A DNA stretch of 63,605 nt, filler included, from Candidatus Hydrogenedentota bacterium (GCA_040752395.1; 7 parts of 7 records of this genome joined end to end with filler, not necessarily neighbours in it), one strand, 5' to 3'. Counted from the first letter of the whole stretch, positions 19,622 to 29,242 are shown. Made by a program: numbers and translations. The notes: generated by a model from the sequence alone, not told the origin.

Positions 19622-20730
19622 TGAAAGAAGATAGATGGGTTATTATTCTTGCAGGTGGATGTGGCGAAAGACTCTGGCCCTTAAGCACAAAAAGACGACC
19701 TAAACACTTAATACCTATAATAAGGCAGTTCCAGAACTCACTCAAACCCCTACCACTTAAAACTAATCACCTGAAAAATAACACAACATTGTTAGAAGAA
19801 ACTTTTAATAGAACCTCTCAGGTCATACCAGATGACAGGATATTAATAGTCACCAAAAAAGAGCAATATCCTCTTATAAAAAATTGTTTTAGAAAAAATA
19901 TTACCATAATCAAAGAACCCATTGGAAAAAACACTTTCCCTGCGATATTATCAGGTGTGCAGTGGATAATAAACCATTCTGATGAAAACCAATTAATCTC
20001 AGTCTTTTCAGCTGACCAATTCATCTCACCGCTTCATAAATTTATATCCTGTATATTACGTTCGTTTAGATACTTACAGAATAATAATAATATCCTTCTC
20101 TGGGGTATAAAACCTGATAGACCATCTACTAATTTTGGTTATATTAAAACATATCATAACAAATCAAGGGCTACTCCCTCTTTCTTAGACGTTGCTGGTT
20201 TTATTGAAAAACCTGATATCAAAAAAGCCAAAAAGTTTATCTCACAAAAAAACTATTTTTTTAATGCAGGTATATTTTTCTTCAAAGCAAATGTTTTTCT
20301 TAATGAAGCTATTATTCTATATCCTGATTTATCTCTCCTACTTCCTAAACTTTATACCTCGATTAGCTCTACAGCACCTGTTTTAGAAGTATATCAGAAA
20401 TTTCCGACAATCTCTATTGATTATGCACTTCTTGAAAAAATCAGGAATCTAAAATGTTTACCAGTTAATTTTTACTGGAATGACGTTGGTAGTCTTGATG
20501 ATTTTGTCAATTTATTTGCTAAACAAACCCGGTTAATCACCTATAACTCTAAAAATATAGCTGCTTATTCTGAATCAGGTCATATTATATCAGCTTTTAA
20601 TATTAATGATATTATTATTATTGAGAGTAACGGAAAAATATTTGTAGCAGATAGGAAATCATTAAAAGAGATTCGCGGATTCTATAAATTTCTTTCAACT
20701 AATGCATCAGTGCCGCAATCCATTCTGTAA
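19621..20730 (+). CDS. Mannose-1-phosphate guanylyltransferase
   Basis: ILAGGCGERLWPLS, EPIGKNT, FIEKP, SIDYAL, WNDVGS. Confidence 0.9.
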   Translation: MKEDRWVIILAGGCGERLWPLSTKRRPKHLIPIIRQFQNSLKPLPLKTNHLKNNTTLLEETFNRTSQVIPDDRILIVTKKEQYPLIKNCFRKNITIIKEPIGKNTFPAILSGVQWIINHSDENQLISVFSADQFISPLHKFISCILRSFRYLQNNNNILLWGIKPDRPSTNFGYIKTYHNKSRATPSFLDVAGFIEKPDIKKAKKFISQKNYFFNAGIFFFKANVFLNEAIILYPDLSLLLPKLYTSISSTAPVLEVYQKFPTISIDYALLEKIRNLKCLPVNFYWNDVGSLDDFVNLFAKQTRLITYNSKNIAAYSESGHIISAFNINDIIIIESNGKIFVADRKSLKEIRGFYKFLSTNASVPQSIL

Positions 20731-20787
20731 TATGCCATTGTTATGCGATATGTTGTGCAGGTTTAATTGAAAATTAAATATAGGCTT

Positions 20788-21207
20788 CTACCATTCATTT
20801 AAATTAACCGGTTTACGCATCGCTTTTTTCTCTGAGTTTTTGTGTTTTTGTTCTAATACTTTTAATTTAGCCCGGCGGGACCTTTGCCTCTTCTGACGCC
20901 TCAGCTTCGCTATTCGTGCTTTTTCGCTTGCAATCTCACCTGTTAGCTTTCTCTCAATCAAATCACACAATAGCCTTCTTGCAAGATACCGATTTACTGA
21001 TTGCAACCGTTCCCTCTGACACCGAACCATAATACCGCTTGGCCTGTGATACAATCTCACGCACGTTGAGGCTTTATTGATTTTCTGACCACCAGGACCT
21101 GATCCCCTTATAAATTCTTCCTTAATATCAGACTCTTTTATATTAAGCGATCCCATCCTCTGTTCAAGTTCTTTAAGTTTTCTCTCAGATACCCTGAAAA
21201 AATACAT
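20788..21207 (-). CDS. RF-1-domain peptidyl-tRNA hydrolase (ArfB-like)
   Basis: GSGPGGQKINK and a strongly basic C-terminal tail; the ORF-track extension is repeat-derived. Confidence 0.88.
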   Translation of the reverse strand: MYFFRVSERKLKELEQRMGSLNIKESDIKEEFIRGSGPGGQKINKASTCVRLYHRPSGIMVRCQRERLQSVNRYLARRLLCDLIERKLTGEIASEKARIAKLRRQKRQRSRRAKLKVLEQKHKNSEKKAMRKPVNLNEW

Positions 21208-21424
21208 TAATAAAAACCCCCCTTCGAAAAACATTGTAACTCTAATGATATCAAGTAGAAGCAAGAAGCAAGATAAACAAACATCTGGTTTTTCATCCTT
21301 TGTGTAGAGCGCAAAAACGCAATAACCCAATAACCCAATAACCCAATAACCCAATAGTGTAGAGCGCAACCCGCGCTCATGTTGACTCCTCTGAGTGCCT
21401 TTGAAAGTAAGAAGTGAGAAGTAT
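21208..21424 (-). repeat. SD-ATG, (TTATTGGG)n octamer module and terminal module upstream of the ArfB-like gene
   Basis: Reverse complement matches 18587-18762 and 50869-51011. Confidence 0.9.
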
Positions 21425-21478
21425 ACTTTTTTACTTTTTATAATTGATTTATTCAATAAATTTTTGTATTTAAAAGAT

Positions 21479-22378
21479 ATGTTTCAGCTTAAATTTGATT
21501 CATTTAAAAATATAGAAATATCTGATAAAAGTAAGATAAAAAGTACATTACACAAATGTAATCCTATGCAAAGCGATTATAATTTTGCAACTTTATATGT
21601 CTGGAAAGATATCTATAAGACGAAATGGACTTATATCGATGAATTATTAATTATCTATGCAGCATCAACAGATTTCATATTAATGCCTATCGGCAGAGAA
21701 ATAAATTTTGATGAATTATTACAAATCTCTGATATTTTTAAAAACGAGAATAAAAAAGGCAATTTCACTCTTGTTGAACTATGCTTTATTGAAAAAAACA
21801 AAGATTTTATTATAAAATATTTTAAACCTGAGCAAAACCAGGGATACAGCGATTATATCTACCTTACAAAAAAATTAGTTGAATTAAAAGGTCAAAAATT
21901 ACATAAGAAAAAAAATTTAATCTCTCAATTCTTAAGAAATAACCCGGATTATAAGTCTTTAAGAATTCAAAATAGTCTGTTAAGTGAATGCAAACAATTA
22001 GCTGAAAAATGGTCTGAGGATAAAAAATGTGATGGGTCCTCTTCATTAATAAATGAAAAATTGGCAATAATTACTGCACTGGACAATTTTACTCAACTTG
22101 ATTTAGATGGCCTCATTATCTCTGTAAAAGACAATATAATTGCTTTCTCAATCTTTAGCAGGCAGAATACCGAAACCTATACAGTACACTTTGAAAAATA
22201 TAATAACAAAATAAAAGGTTCAGCTCAAATTATCAACTGGGAAACAGCAAAATATTTGCTTGATAAATGTAAGTATATAAATAGAGAACAGGATATGGGG
22301 ATACCAGGATTGAGACAGGCTAAAATGTCATATGCCCCAGTGTTCCTGATTAAAACTTACAATCTATTCCGCAGTTAA
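21479..22378 (+). CDS. DUF2156 / phosphatidylglycerol lysyltransferase-like domain protein
   Basis: DYIY...L.G.K..KKN, VHFEK, INREQDMGIPGLRQAKMSY. Confidence 0.88.
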   Translation: MFQLKFDSFKNIEISDKSKIKSTLHKCNPMQSDYNFATLYVWKDIYKTKWTYIDELLIIYAASTDFILMPIGREINFDELLQISDIFKNENKKGNFTLVELCFIEKNKDFIIKYFKPEQNQGYSDYIYLTKKLVELKGQKLHKKKNLISQFLRNNPDYKSLRIQNSLLSECKQLAEKWSEDKKCDGSSSLINEKLAIITALDNFTQLDLDGLIISVKDNIIAFSIFSRQNTETYTVHFEKYNNKIKGSAQIINWETAKYLLDKCKYINREQDMGIPGLRQAKMSYAPVFLIKTYNLFRS

Positions 22379-22384
22379 TATAGA

Positions 22385-22480
22385 CCTCAGTTATTCTACT
22401 TTAGTATTCCGTCAGTCTTCAGTGGGATTCCGTAATCTTGCTTCTAAAGTATAAGTTCTACTGCACCAACAACTGAGGCA
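22385..22480. repeat. CCTCAGTT...AACTGAGG palindromic repeat
   Basis: 22437-22479 is the reverse complement of 61741-61783 with one mismatch. Confidence 0.75.
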
Positions 22481-22503
22481 TTACCTACTTTAGTAATTTA
22501 TCC

Positions 22504-22530
22504 TTGACATTGGTAAAATAATGTTATATC
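22504..22530 (+). promoter_or_regulatory. Candidate sigma70 promoter of the nuo operon
   Basis: TTGACA followed by TGtTATATC, just upstream of nuoA. Confidence 0.45.
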
Positions 22531-22545
22531 AACCATTATATTATT

Positions 22546-22989
22546 ATGAGTAAAAATTTTTTGTATGTTGGTTTATTTATAGTTTTTGGTGCAGCATTCG
22601 TTATCGCTTGTGTACTCTTTTCGAAAATATTATCATTTATTCTTGGTTATCGAAACCCTACTGAAACAAAATTAAAACCATACGAATGCGGTGAGATACC
22701 AGTAGAATCTGCCTGGAGAAAATTTACGCCAAGATTCTATATAATCGCTTTAATATTCATCATCTTCGATGTTGAGATTATATTTATGATACCCTGGGCT
22801 TGTTATTTTAGCTCTCTGCTTGAACAGGGTCTCGCTGTTTTTGCAGCAATCGAGATGCTTGTTTTTATCATCATTCTTCTTCTTGGGTTCGCTTATTTAT
22901 GGAGCGAAGGCGACCTTGACTGGATTAAAGGCTACCAGCCTTCATCCTCGAGTAAAGAAAAGCAAGAAAAGTATCATTTGGTAAAATAG
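22546..22989 (+). CDS. nuoA: NADH-quinone oxidoreductase subunit A
   Basis: PYECG, FIIFDVE. Confidence 0.95.
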   Translation: MSKNFLYVGLFIVFGAAFVIACVLFSKILSFILGYRNPTETKLKPYECGEIPVESAWRKFTPRFYIIALIFIIFDVEIIFMIPWACYFSSLLEQGLAVFAAIEMLVFIIILLLGFAYLWSEGDLDWIKGYQPSSSSKEKQEKYHLVK

Positions 22990-23040
22990 GTCTTTATTAG
23001 ATGTCAGCTATTAAAATGTGAAGGAGTAAATCGTTAAATA

Positions 23041-23346
23041 ATGAAAAAATATTTTATTAATCTTACTGAAAAGGACAGGATACGAGTTGAAATAACAGTT
23101 AGTAAAGGCAAAATATTAAATTTTGTTGTGCAATTAGAAACTTTTCTAATTAATAATTGGGAACCCGCAGTACGATATAATTATGCGCATGGCTTTCCAC
23201 ATAAAGATTTGATTTTTAGAAATGGTAAAAAAATTAAAGAAAATATTTCAGAAGAAAGTCTGTCAAAGATAGTTAATTGGGCAATTAATGAACTAAAAAT
23301 AAATTGGAAAAAATATTTAAGGAGGTGCGGTTTTGAAAAATTATAA
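23041..23346 (+). CDS. Small protein with RYxxAHGxxH motif (putative toxin-type)
   Basis: FVVQLE...VRYNYAHGFPHKD; coupled to a small downstream ORF. Confidence 0.65.
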   Translation: MKKYFINLTEKDRIRVEITVSKGKILNFVVQLETFLINNWEPAVRYNYAHGFPHKDLIFRNGKKIKENISEESLSKIVNWAINELKINWKKYLRRCGFEKL

Positions 23347-23491
23347 AATTTTAAAAAATAAAAAAAGAGAAAAGTTGATGCAGGAAAATCTCGAATTAGC
23401 AAGAAAGTTTCTGTTAGAGATTGTAAAAAATCCCAGTAAGACGAAAAACATACCTTCAGGTGCTACTATTATACTTTATCCAGTTAGATGA
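23333..23491 (+). CDS. Small DUF5647-like protein (putative antitoxin partner), absent from the ORF track
   Basis: SD aaggagg, TTG start; MKNYKILKNKKREKLMQENLELARKFLLEIVKNPSKTKNIPSGATIILYPVR. Confidence 0.6.
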   Translation: MKNYKILKNKKREKLMQENLELARKFLLEIVKNPSKTKNIPSGATIILYPVR

Positions 23492-23548
23492 GCAGCCGAG
23501 GAGTTTTCCCACGACCGCTCAATTAACTAGCTAAATTTTGGATCTTTT

Positions 23549-24022
23549 ATGCGTGATTCGATAATTATCACTTCGGTAGATTATATTATTAACTGGGCAC
23601 GTAAATCTTCGCTCTGGCCTATGACTTTTGGACTTGCCTGCTGCGCGATTGAGATGATGGCTACCGGTGCCTCCCGGTTTGACTGGGATAGGTTCGGCCT
23701 TATCCCAAGAGCTACTCCTCGACAATCTGACCTGATGATAGTAGCAGGAACCGTAACACTAAAAATGGCTGAAAGAGTAAAAGTATTATACGAGCAGATG
23801 CCAGAACCTAAATATGTTATCGCAATGGGTTCCTGCGCAATATCAGGTGGACCCTATAGACCACAGGGTTATCACGTGCTTAAAGGCGTTGATTTAATTA
23901 TACCTGTTGATGTCTATGTTCCTGGCTGTCCACCACGACCAGAGGCTTTATTTGATGGTATAATCGCTTTAAGAGAAAAGATAACAAAAACAAAAAACAT
24001 CGCGAAAATACTAAAGGGGTAA
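23549..24022 (+). CDS. nuoB: NADH-quinone oxidoreductase subunit B
   Basis: [25 protein letters not shown]. Confidence 0.97.
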   Translation: MRDSIIITSVDYIINWARKSSLWPMTFGLACCAIEMMATGASRFDWDRFGLIPRATPRQSDLMIVAGTVTLKMAERVKVLYEQMPEPKYVIAMGSCAISGGPYRPQGYHVLKGVDLIIPVDVYVPGCPPRPEALFDGIIALREKITKTKNIAKILKG

Positions 24023-24025
24023 AAA

Positions 24026-24496
24026 TTGACACGAATCGAACTAACTAAAATCTATTCTCAATTATCTAATAAATTCCCGGATGCTATCTTACCTTTTACC
24101 CTACCTGCAAATGGTGATAGTTATATCGAGATAAAACAGGAATCAATTTTAGTTATTGCAAGCGAGCTAAAAAATAATGGGTTTACCTCACTTGTCTGCA
24201 TGACAGGTGTTGATGATGGAAATACCTTTAGCATCAGATATCATCTCTATTCAATGCAAAAAAAAGAATGGGCTATATTAAAACTCAGTCTATCAAAAGA
24301 TAACCCGGTTGTTGATTCAGTTTCAGGTATATGGAGAGCTGCGAACTGGCAGGAACGTGAAATATATGATATGTTTGGTATAAAATTTATAGGTCATCCT
24401 GATTTACGAAGGATTTTAATGCCAGAAGATTGGAGCGGATTCCCATTAAGAAGAGATTATGTAACACCATCCAGGTGGCACGGGATACCAGTGTAA
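24026..24496 (+). CDS. nuoC: NADH-quinone oxidoreductase subunit C
   Basis: ANWQEREIYDMFG..F.GHPDLRRIL..PLRRD. Confidence 0.95.
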   Translation: MTRIELTKIYSQLSNKFPDAILPFTLPANGDSYIEIKQESILVIASELKNNGFTSLVCMTGVDDGNTFSIRYHLYSMQKKEWAILKLSLSKDNPVVDSVSGIWRAANWQEREIYDMFGIKFIGHPDLRRILMPEDWSGFPLRRDYVTPSRWHGIPV

Positions 24497-24515
24497 CAGT
24501 ACCTCCGTAAGCCAT

Positions 24516-24548
24516 CAGAACGTGTGAAAAAATTGTAGTGAGCACCTT
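24516..24548 (+). mobile_element. Solo left end of a MITE-like element between nuoC and nuoD
   Basis: cagaacgtgtgaaaaaattgtagtgagcacctt resembles 57154-57186. Confidence 0.6.
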
Positions 24549-24566
24549 GCTATCTAAAAGAAAAAA

Positions 24567-25688
24567 ATGAGTGAATTTATTATTGAAGGCACGACATTAT
24601 TCAAAGGTCCTCAACACCCGTCAACACACGGCGTTTTTCAGTTAAAATTAAAGACTGACGGCGAAATCGTTATTGACCTTGACCCTGTTATCGGTTATCT
24701 ACATAGATGTTTTGAAAAGCACTGTGAAAATATTAACTACACTCAAGTCATACCATATACAGACAGGCTCGATTACGTTGCTTCGATGAACAATAACTGG
24801 GGATATTGTCTCTGTGTAGAAAAGCTCGCTGGTATTGAGGTTCCGAAACGGGCTGAATTCATACGAGTAATCGTAGGTGAACTTAATCGTATAGCAAGCC
24901 ATCTTGTGGCTTTTGGAACCTACGGCATGGATATCGGTGCGTTTACGCCGTTTTTATACGCATTTCGTGAACGAGAATTTATCCTTGATCTTTTTGAAGA
25001 GCTCTGCGGTGCAAGACTTACTTATAATTTCGTAAGGATCGGTGGCGTAAGCTATGATCTGCCACCAGGCTGGCTCCAAAAATGCCTGGAGTTCTTAGAT
25101 TATTTTCTCCCGTTTATTGATGAATACAATAACCTGCTTTCATATAATAAAATTTTTATAAAGCGAACTGCCAGAGTTGGCATCCTCTCAAAAGAACTCG
25201 CAATAGATTATAATGTAACAGGTCCTAATCTTCGTGCCTGCGGTATTGACTGGGACCTGCGTAGAGATGAGCCGTTCTCAGTCTATAAAGAACTCGAGTT
25301 TAATGTTTGTACTGGCAAAGACGGGATTGGTGTATGTGGTGATTCCTGGAACAGATATTTTGTAAGGATGCTTGAGATGGCTGAATCAGTAAAAATTATA
25401 AAGCAGGCACTTGATATGATCCCTGACGGACCTGTAATGTCAAAATTTAACCCGCTTGCTTTTAAACCACCTGCTGGTGAAGCTTATGCGAGATGTGAGA
25501 CACCACGTGGTGAGATCGGATTCTTTATTATGTCAAATGGAAGTGATAAACCATATCGCGTAAAGGTCAAATCCCCTTGTTTTTCTGCTATCTCTTCTAT
25601 ACCTGCTTTCTCAAAAGGTCTTATGATCGCAGATATCGTTGCTGTAATCGGGTCACTTGATTTTGTTATGGGTGAGGTTGATAGATGA
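24567..25688 (+). CDS. nuoD: NADH-quinone oxidoreductase subunit D
   Basis: GPQHPSTHG, GYLHR, DRLDY, GEVDR. Confidence 0.97.
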   Translation: MSEFIIEGTTLFKGPQHPSTHGVFQLKLKTDGEIVIDLDPVIGYLHRCFEKHCENINYTQVIPYTDRLDYVASMNNNWGYCLCVEKLAGIEVPKRAEFIRVIVGELNRIASHLVAFGTYGMDIGAFTPFLYAFREREFILDLFEELCGARLTYNFVRIGGVSYDLPPGWLQKCLEFLDYFLPFIDEYNNLLSYNKIFIKRTARVGILSKELAIDYNVTGPNLRACGIDWDLRRDEPFSVYKELEFNVCTGKDGIGVCGDSWNRYFVRMLEMAESVKIIKQALDMIPDGPVMSKFNPLAFKPPAGEAYARCETPRGEIGFFIMSNGSDKPYRVKVKSPCFSAISSIPAFSKGLMIADIVAVIGSLDFVMGEVDR

Positions 25689-26725
25689 ACCTTATTGAAA
25701 AATTTTTAGGTAATTTTATACCAGATAACTACGTGATAATTGTTTCAGTTATTATATTCTTTGGTATTATCTTATCTATCCTTTCATTATATAATCTCTT
25801 TATTGTCTGGCTTGAGCGCAAAGTCGCGGGTCATATGCAGGTTCGACCAGGCCCAATGGTTACAGGTGGTTTTCATGGCTGGCTGCAGACAGTTGCTGAT
25901 GGTATAAAACTTTTCTTAAAAGAAGATATTATCCCCAAAGAAGCTGATAATATTTTCTTCTGGATATCTCCTGCGCTTATTATGGCGGTCTCATTTGCGG
26001 TCTGGGTCTGCATCCCCCTTGGCATCGATTTAATTCCTGCTGACCTTAATCTTGGTATCTTCTTTATAATTGCGATATCTTCTCCAGTAGTAGTTGGCAT
26101 TGTAATGGCTGGCTGGGCTTCAAAAAACAAATGGGCGATGCTCGGCGCATTCAGGTCAGCTGCACAGATTGTCTCTTATGAAATACCAGTCGCTCTCTCA
26201 ATCCTGCCACCTATTATTTATGCAGGCACACTTTCTATGACAGGCATTGTAGATCTTCAGATAGGCGGGTTCTGGAACTGGCTTGTCTTTAGAAACCCAT
26301 TCTTATTTTTAACTTTTATTACTTATTATATCTCAGCTGTTGCTGAAGTTAACAGGTCACCTTTTGATCTACCTGAAGCTGAGAGTGAACTTGTTGCAGG
26401 GTTTCATACAGAATACAGCGGTATGCGGTTTGCTATGTTCTTTTTTGCTGAATACTCGAATATGCTCGCAGTAAGTGCCATCGCAGTAACTCTGTTTCTT
26501 GGCGGCTGGTCTGGTCCGCTACCTACATCTTTTGTACTCCGTATACCTGTTTCAGTCTTAAACTTTTTTGCTAAAACTATGTTTCTTGTATATCTGATGA
26601 TATGGTTTCGGTGGACTTTCCCGAGACTTCGAGTCGACCAGCTTATGAACCTGTGCTGGAAATTTTTTATACCGCTATCATTTATTAATCTATTCGGAAC
26701 AACTTTGTGGAAACTTTTATTATGA
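25685..26725 (+). CDS. nuoH: NADH-quinone oxidoreductase subunit H
   Basis: ERKVAGHMQ.R.GP, ADGIKLFLKE, PFDLPEAESELVAG. Confidence 0.97.
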   Translation: MNLIEKFLGNFIPDNYVIIVSVIIFFGIILSILSLYNLFIVWLERKVAGHMQVRPGPMVTGGFHGWLQTVADGIKLFLKEDIIPKEADNIFFWISPALIMAVSFAVWVCIPLGIDLIPADLNLGIFFIIAISSPVVVGIVMAGWASKNKWAMLGAFRSAAQIVSYEIPVALSILPPIIYAGTLSMTGIVDLQIGGFWNWLVFRNPFLFLTFITYYISAVAEVNRSPFDLPEAESELVAGFHTEYSGMRFAMFFFAEYSNMLAVSAIAVTLFLGGWSGPLPTSFVLRIPVSVLNFFAKTMFLVYLMIWFRWTFPRLRVDQLMNLCWKFFIPLSFINLFGTTLWKLLL

Positions 26726-27198
26726 AATTTTTATCTTATTTTAAAGAAATTTATTCAAGTATCTACTCACTAATCGTTGGAATGCTTATAACAAATAAAT
26801 ATTTATTTAAACCCATCTTCACAGTTCAATATCCGTTCGAAACACTGATATTCAAAGACCGGTTCCGTGGCATTGTTTTTAATGATATTTCTGACTGTAT
26901 AGTCTGTGGCATGTGTGCCAGAATCTGTCCACCTGGTTGCATAAACTTAAAATCAGAAAAGCGTAGTCCCGAAGAAACAATACCCCTTACATCAGATGGC
27001 AGAAAAAAAATGCTGAAACTTACTACTTATATAATAGATATATCTAAGTGTATGTTCTGTGGCTTATGCACAGAGGTCTGTCCCACTAAATGCCTTAAGA
27101 TGACAAAAAAGATAAAAGGGCTGATAAGTAATGACTACTATGATAGAAAATTGCTTATCTATGATTACATCGCACTAAATAGTAAGGAGTTAACATGA
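26722..27198 (+). CDS. nuoI: NADH-quinone oxidoreductase subunit I
   Basis: TVQYP and two CxxCxxCxxxCP motifs. Confidence 0.92.
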   Translation: MKFLSYFKEIYSSIYSLIVGMLITNKYLFKPIFTVQYPFETLIFKDRFRGIVFNDISDCIVCGMCARICPPGCINLKSEKRSPEETIPLTSDGRKKMLKLTTYIIDISKCMFCGLCTEVCPTKCLKMTKKIKGLISNDYYDRKLLIYDYIALNSKELT

Positions 27199-27505
27199 GC
27201 GCGGGTTGCGTTCTACACTATTGGGTTTTTGGGTTTTTGGGTTCTTGGGTTATTGGGTTATTGCGTTTTTGCGCTCTACACAAAGCATGAAAAACTAAAG
27301 ATGATATAAAAAGAGTCGTGAGTCACAAGTCGCAAGTCGTGAGTCAAAACAAGACTCAAGACTCAAGACTTTTCAGCAGGCTCCGGGCTTTTGTCTCCAG
27401 CCGGCTGTAGTCCGTAGCCTGTAGCCTGTAGCCCGTCCTGACACCTCTCACTTCTTCCGTTATCTTGCTTCTTGCTTCTACTTGATATCATTAGAGTTAC
27501 AATGT
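27195..27505 (+). repeat. Four-module stacked cassette beginning at an SD+ATG that overlaps the nuoI stop
   Basis: Octamer, GAGTC/GACTC hairpin, GTAGCCT and TTCTTGC modules in series; truncated by contig end. Confidence 0.92.
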
Positions 27506-27605
27506 NNNNNNNNNNNNNNNNNNNNNNNNNNNNNNNNNNNNNNNNNNNNTTAATTAATTAANNNNNNNNNNNNNNNNNNNNNNNNNNNNNNNNNNNNNNN
27601 NNNNN

Positions 27606-28001
27606 ATGGTTATAGAAAGATATTCACACGTTATGCATATAGTCTCAAACGTAACGGCGAAAATAAAGAAAAATAAATCGATGTTCGATGTATTAAAAGC
27701 ATCATTTCCAGCAGGTACGGTCTCAGGCGCACCTAAGATAAGAGCGATGGAGATTATCTCTGAACTTGAAAAATGTAAACGCAACACCTATGCAGGCTCT
27801 ATGGGTTATTTCAGTTATACCGGTGATATGGATATGTGCATAACAATAAGAACTATTCTTTATAAAAATAGCAGAGCTTATATACAGGCAGGTGCCGGCA
27901 TAGTTGCTGATTCTATACCACTAAATGAACATAACGAATGTATTAATAAAGCACGTGCTTTATTCAGAGCCGTAGCAATAGCAGATGAGGGTCTGGAATG
28001 A
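27606..28001 (+). CDS. trpE: Anthranilate synthase component I family, C-terminal part (5' truncated)
   Basis: YSHVMHIVS, FPAGTVSGAPK, QAGAGIVADS. Confidence 0.88.
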   Translation: MVIERYSHVMHIVSNVTAKIKKNKSMFDVLKASFPAGTVSGAPKIRAMEIISELEKCKRNTYAGSMGYFSYTGDMDMCITIRTILYKNSRAYIQAGAGIVADSIPLNEHNECINKARALFRAVAIADEGLE

Positions 28002-28570
28002 GAAAAAAGGTTTTAATGATAGATAATTATGACTCGTTTACGTTTAATTTAGTTCAATATTTAGAAGAGATAGGCTCAAAAGTCACGGTTGCAAGAAATG
28101 ATAAAATTACTTTAGCCGAGATAAAAAGACTAAAACCCGAATGTATTGTGATTTCTCCCGGACCAGGCACGCCTAAACAAGGTGGGATATCCAATGCTAC
28201 TATTAAAACCTTTTATAAAGATTTACCTATTCTTGGTGTTTGTCTGGGACATCAATGCATAGGCTATGTATTTGGAGGTATTGTTACCTATGCACCCAGG
28301 CTTATGCACGGCAAGACCAGTTTGATTTATCACAACAAAAAAGATATTTTTAAAAAAATCCCAAATCCTTTTACAGCAACACGCTATCATTCTCTTATTG
28401 TAAGTAAAAAAAATTTTCCAGACTGTCTTGAAATAGTAGCTACGTGTGATAAAGATGTCATTATGGGGATCAGGCATAGAGAGTATCCGTGCTTTGGTGT
28501 TCAATTTCATCCCGAGAGTATTCTTACAGAACACGGAAAATTATTGCTTAAAAATTTTCTGCAGATTTAA
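27998..28570 (+). CDS. trpG: Anthranilate/aminodeoxychorismate synthase component II
   Basis: IDNYDSFT, SPGPG, GVCLGHQ, QFHPES. Confidence 0.92.
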   Translation: MRKKVLMIDNYDSFTFNLVQYLEEIGSKVTVARNDKITLAEIKRLKPECIVISPGPGTPKQGGISNATIKTFYKDLPILGVCLGHQCIGYVFGGIVTYAPRLMHGKTSLIYHNKKDIFKKIPNPFTATRYHSLIVSKKNFPDCLEIVATCDKDVIMGIRHREYPCFGVQFHPESILTEHGKLLLKNFLQI

Positions 28571-28641
28571 TTTTGACTTGCTATTTTAATTCAATCTTGA
28601 TAAAAGTTAATTGAGGGTTCTGGCTGTTTAAATTAAGGATA

Positions 28642-28872
28642 ATGATTATGATGAATTATCGGTTTTCTGTCGTGATTGAAAAAGATCAGGATGGGTATTA
28701 TGCTTTTTGCCCGGAATTACAGGGGTGTTATACTCAGGGCGATACGTACGAAGAAGCCATGAGCAACATTAAGGATGCTATTAAATTGCATGTGGAGGAT
28801 CGTCTTGCTGAGGGCGAATTCATTCCTCGTATTGAGCAGGTCAGTTTAACTTCTCTTGAAATTGCCATATGA
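28642..28872 (+). CDS. HicB-family antitoxin
   Basis: CPELQGCYTQGDTYEEA. Confidence 0.88.
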   Translation: MIMMNYRFSVVIEKDQDGYYAFCPELQGCYTQGDTYEEAMSNIKDAIKLHVEDRLAEGEFIPRIEQVSLTSLEIAI

Positions 28873-28997
28873 GTTTCAAATTACCGCGGGTAACGGCTGC
28901 TGATGTTATTCGCGTTATTGAACAAGTAGGGTTCAGGTTTTCAAGGCAAACTGGAAGCCATAAGATATATAAAGATACTCGAGGTGGATGTCAATAG
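28869..28997 (+). pseudogene. Truncated HicA-family toxin
   Basis: MSFKLPRVTAADVIRVIEQVGFRFSRQTGSHKIYKDTRGGCQ*; has GSH but lacks the VTVP.H half. Confidence 0.78.
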
Positions 28998-29005
28998 AAA
29001 AGTAT

Positions 29006-29034
29006 TTGACTTTAATGAAGAAAACGAGGATAAT
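29006..29034 (+). promoter_or_regulatory. Candidate promoter for the tRNA
   Basis: TTGACT-17 nt-GATAAT. Confidence 0.4.
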
Positions 29035-29055
29035 GTTGCCATGATACAATATTAA

Positions 29056-29128
29056 GGGCCCATAGCTCAGTTGGTAGAGCGGCCGGCTCATAACCGGTTG
29101 GTCCGGGGTTCGAGGCCTCGTGGGCCCA
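29056..29128 (+). tRNA. tRNA with CAT anticodon, probably tRNA-Ile2 (lysidine)
   Basis: GGGCCCA/TGGGCCC acceptor, GCCGG-CTCATAA-CCGGT arm; lacks initiator features (no C1 mismatch, no three G-C pairs). Confidence 0.9.
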
Positions 29129-29242
29129 CTTGATGTATAGAAGCAAGAAGCAAGATGCAAGAAGTAGATGATATGTTGGCTTCGGAGTTGATATGTTTAA
29201 AAGATATCTTAGTAAATGGAGCGGGTTACAATGAGAGGGAGG

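Noticed and set aside
27195-27505. CRISPR array interpretation of the repeats
   Set aside because: No constant 23-47 nt repeat with unique equal-length spacers, and no cas genes.
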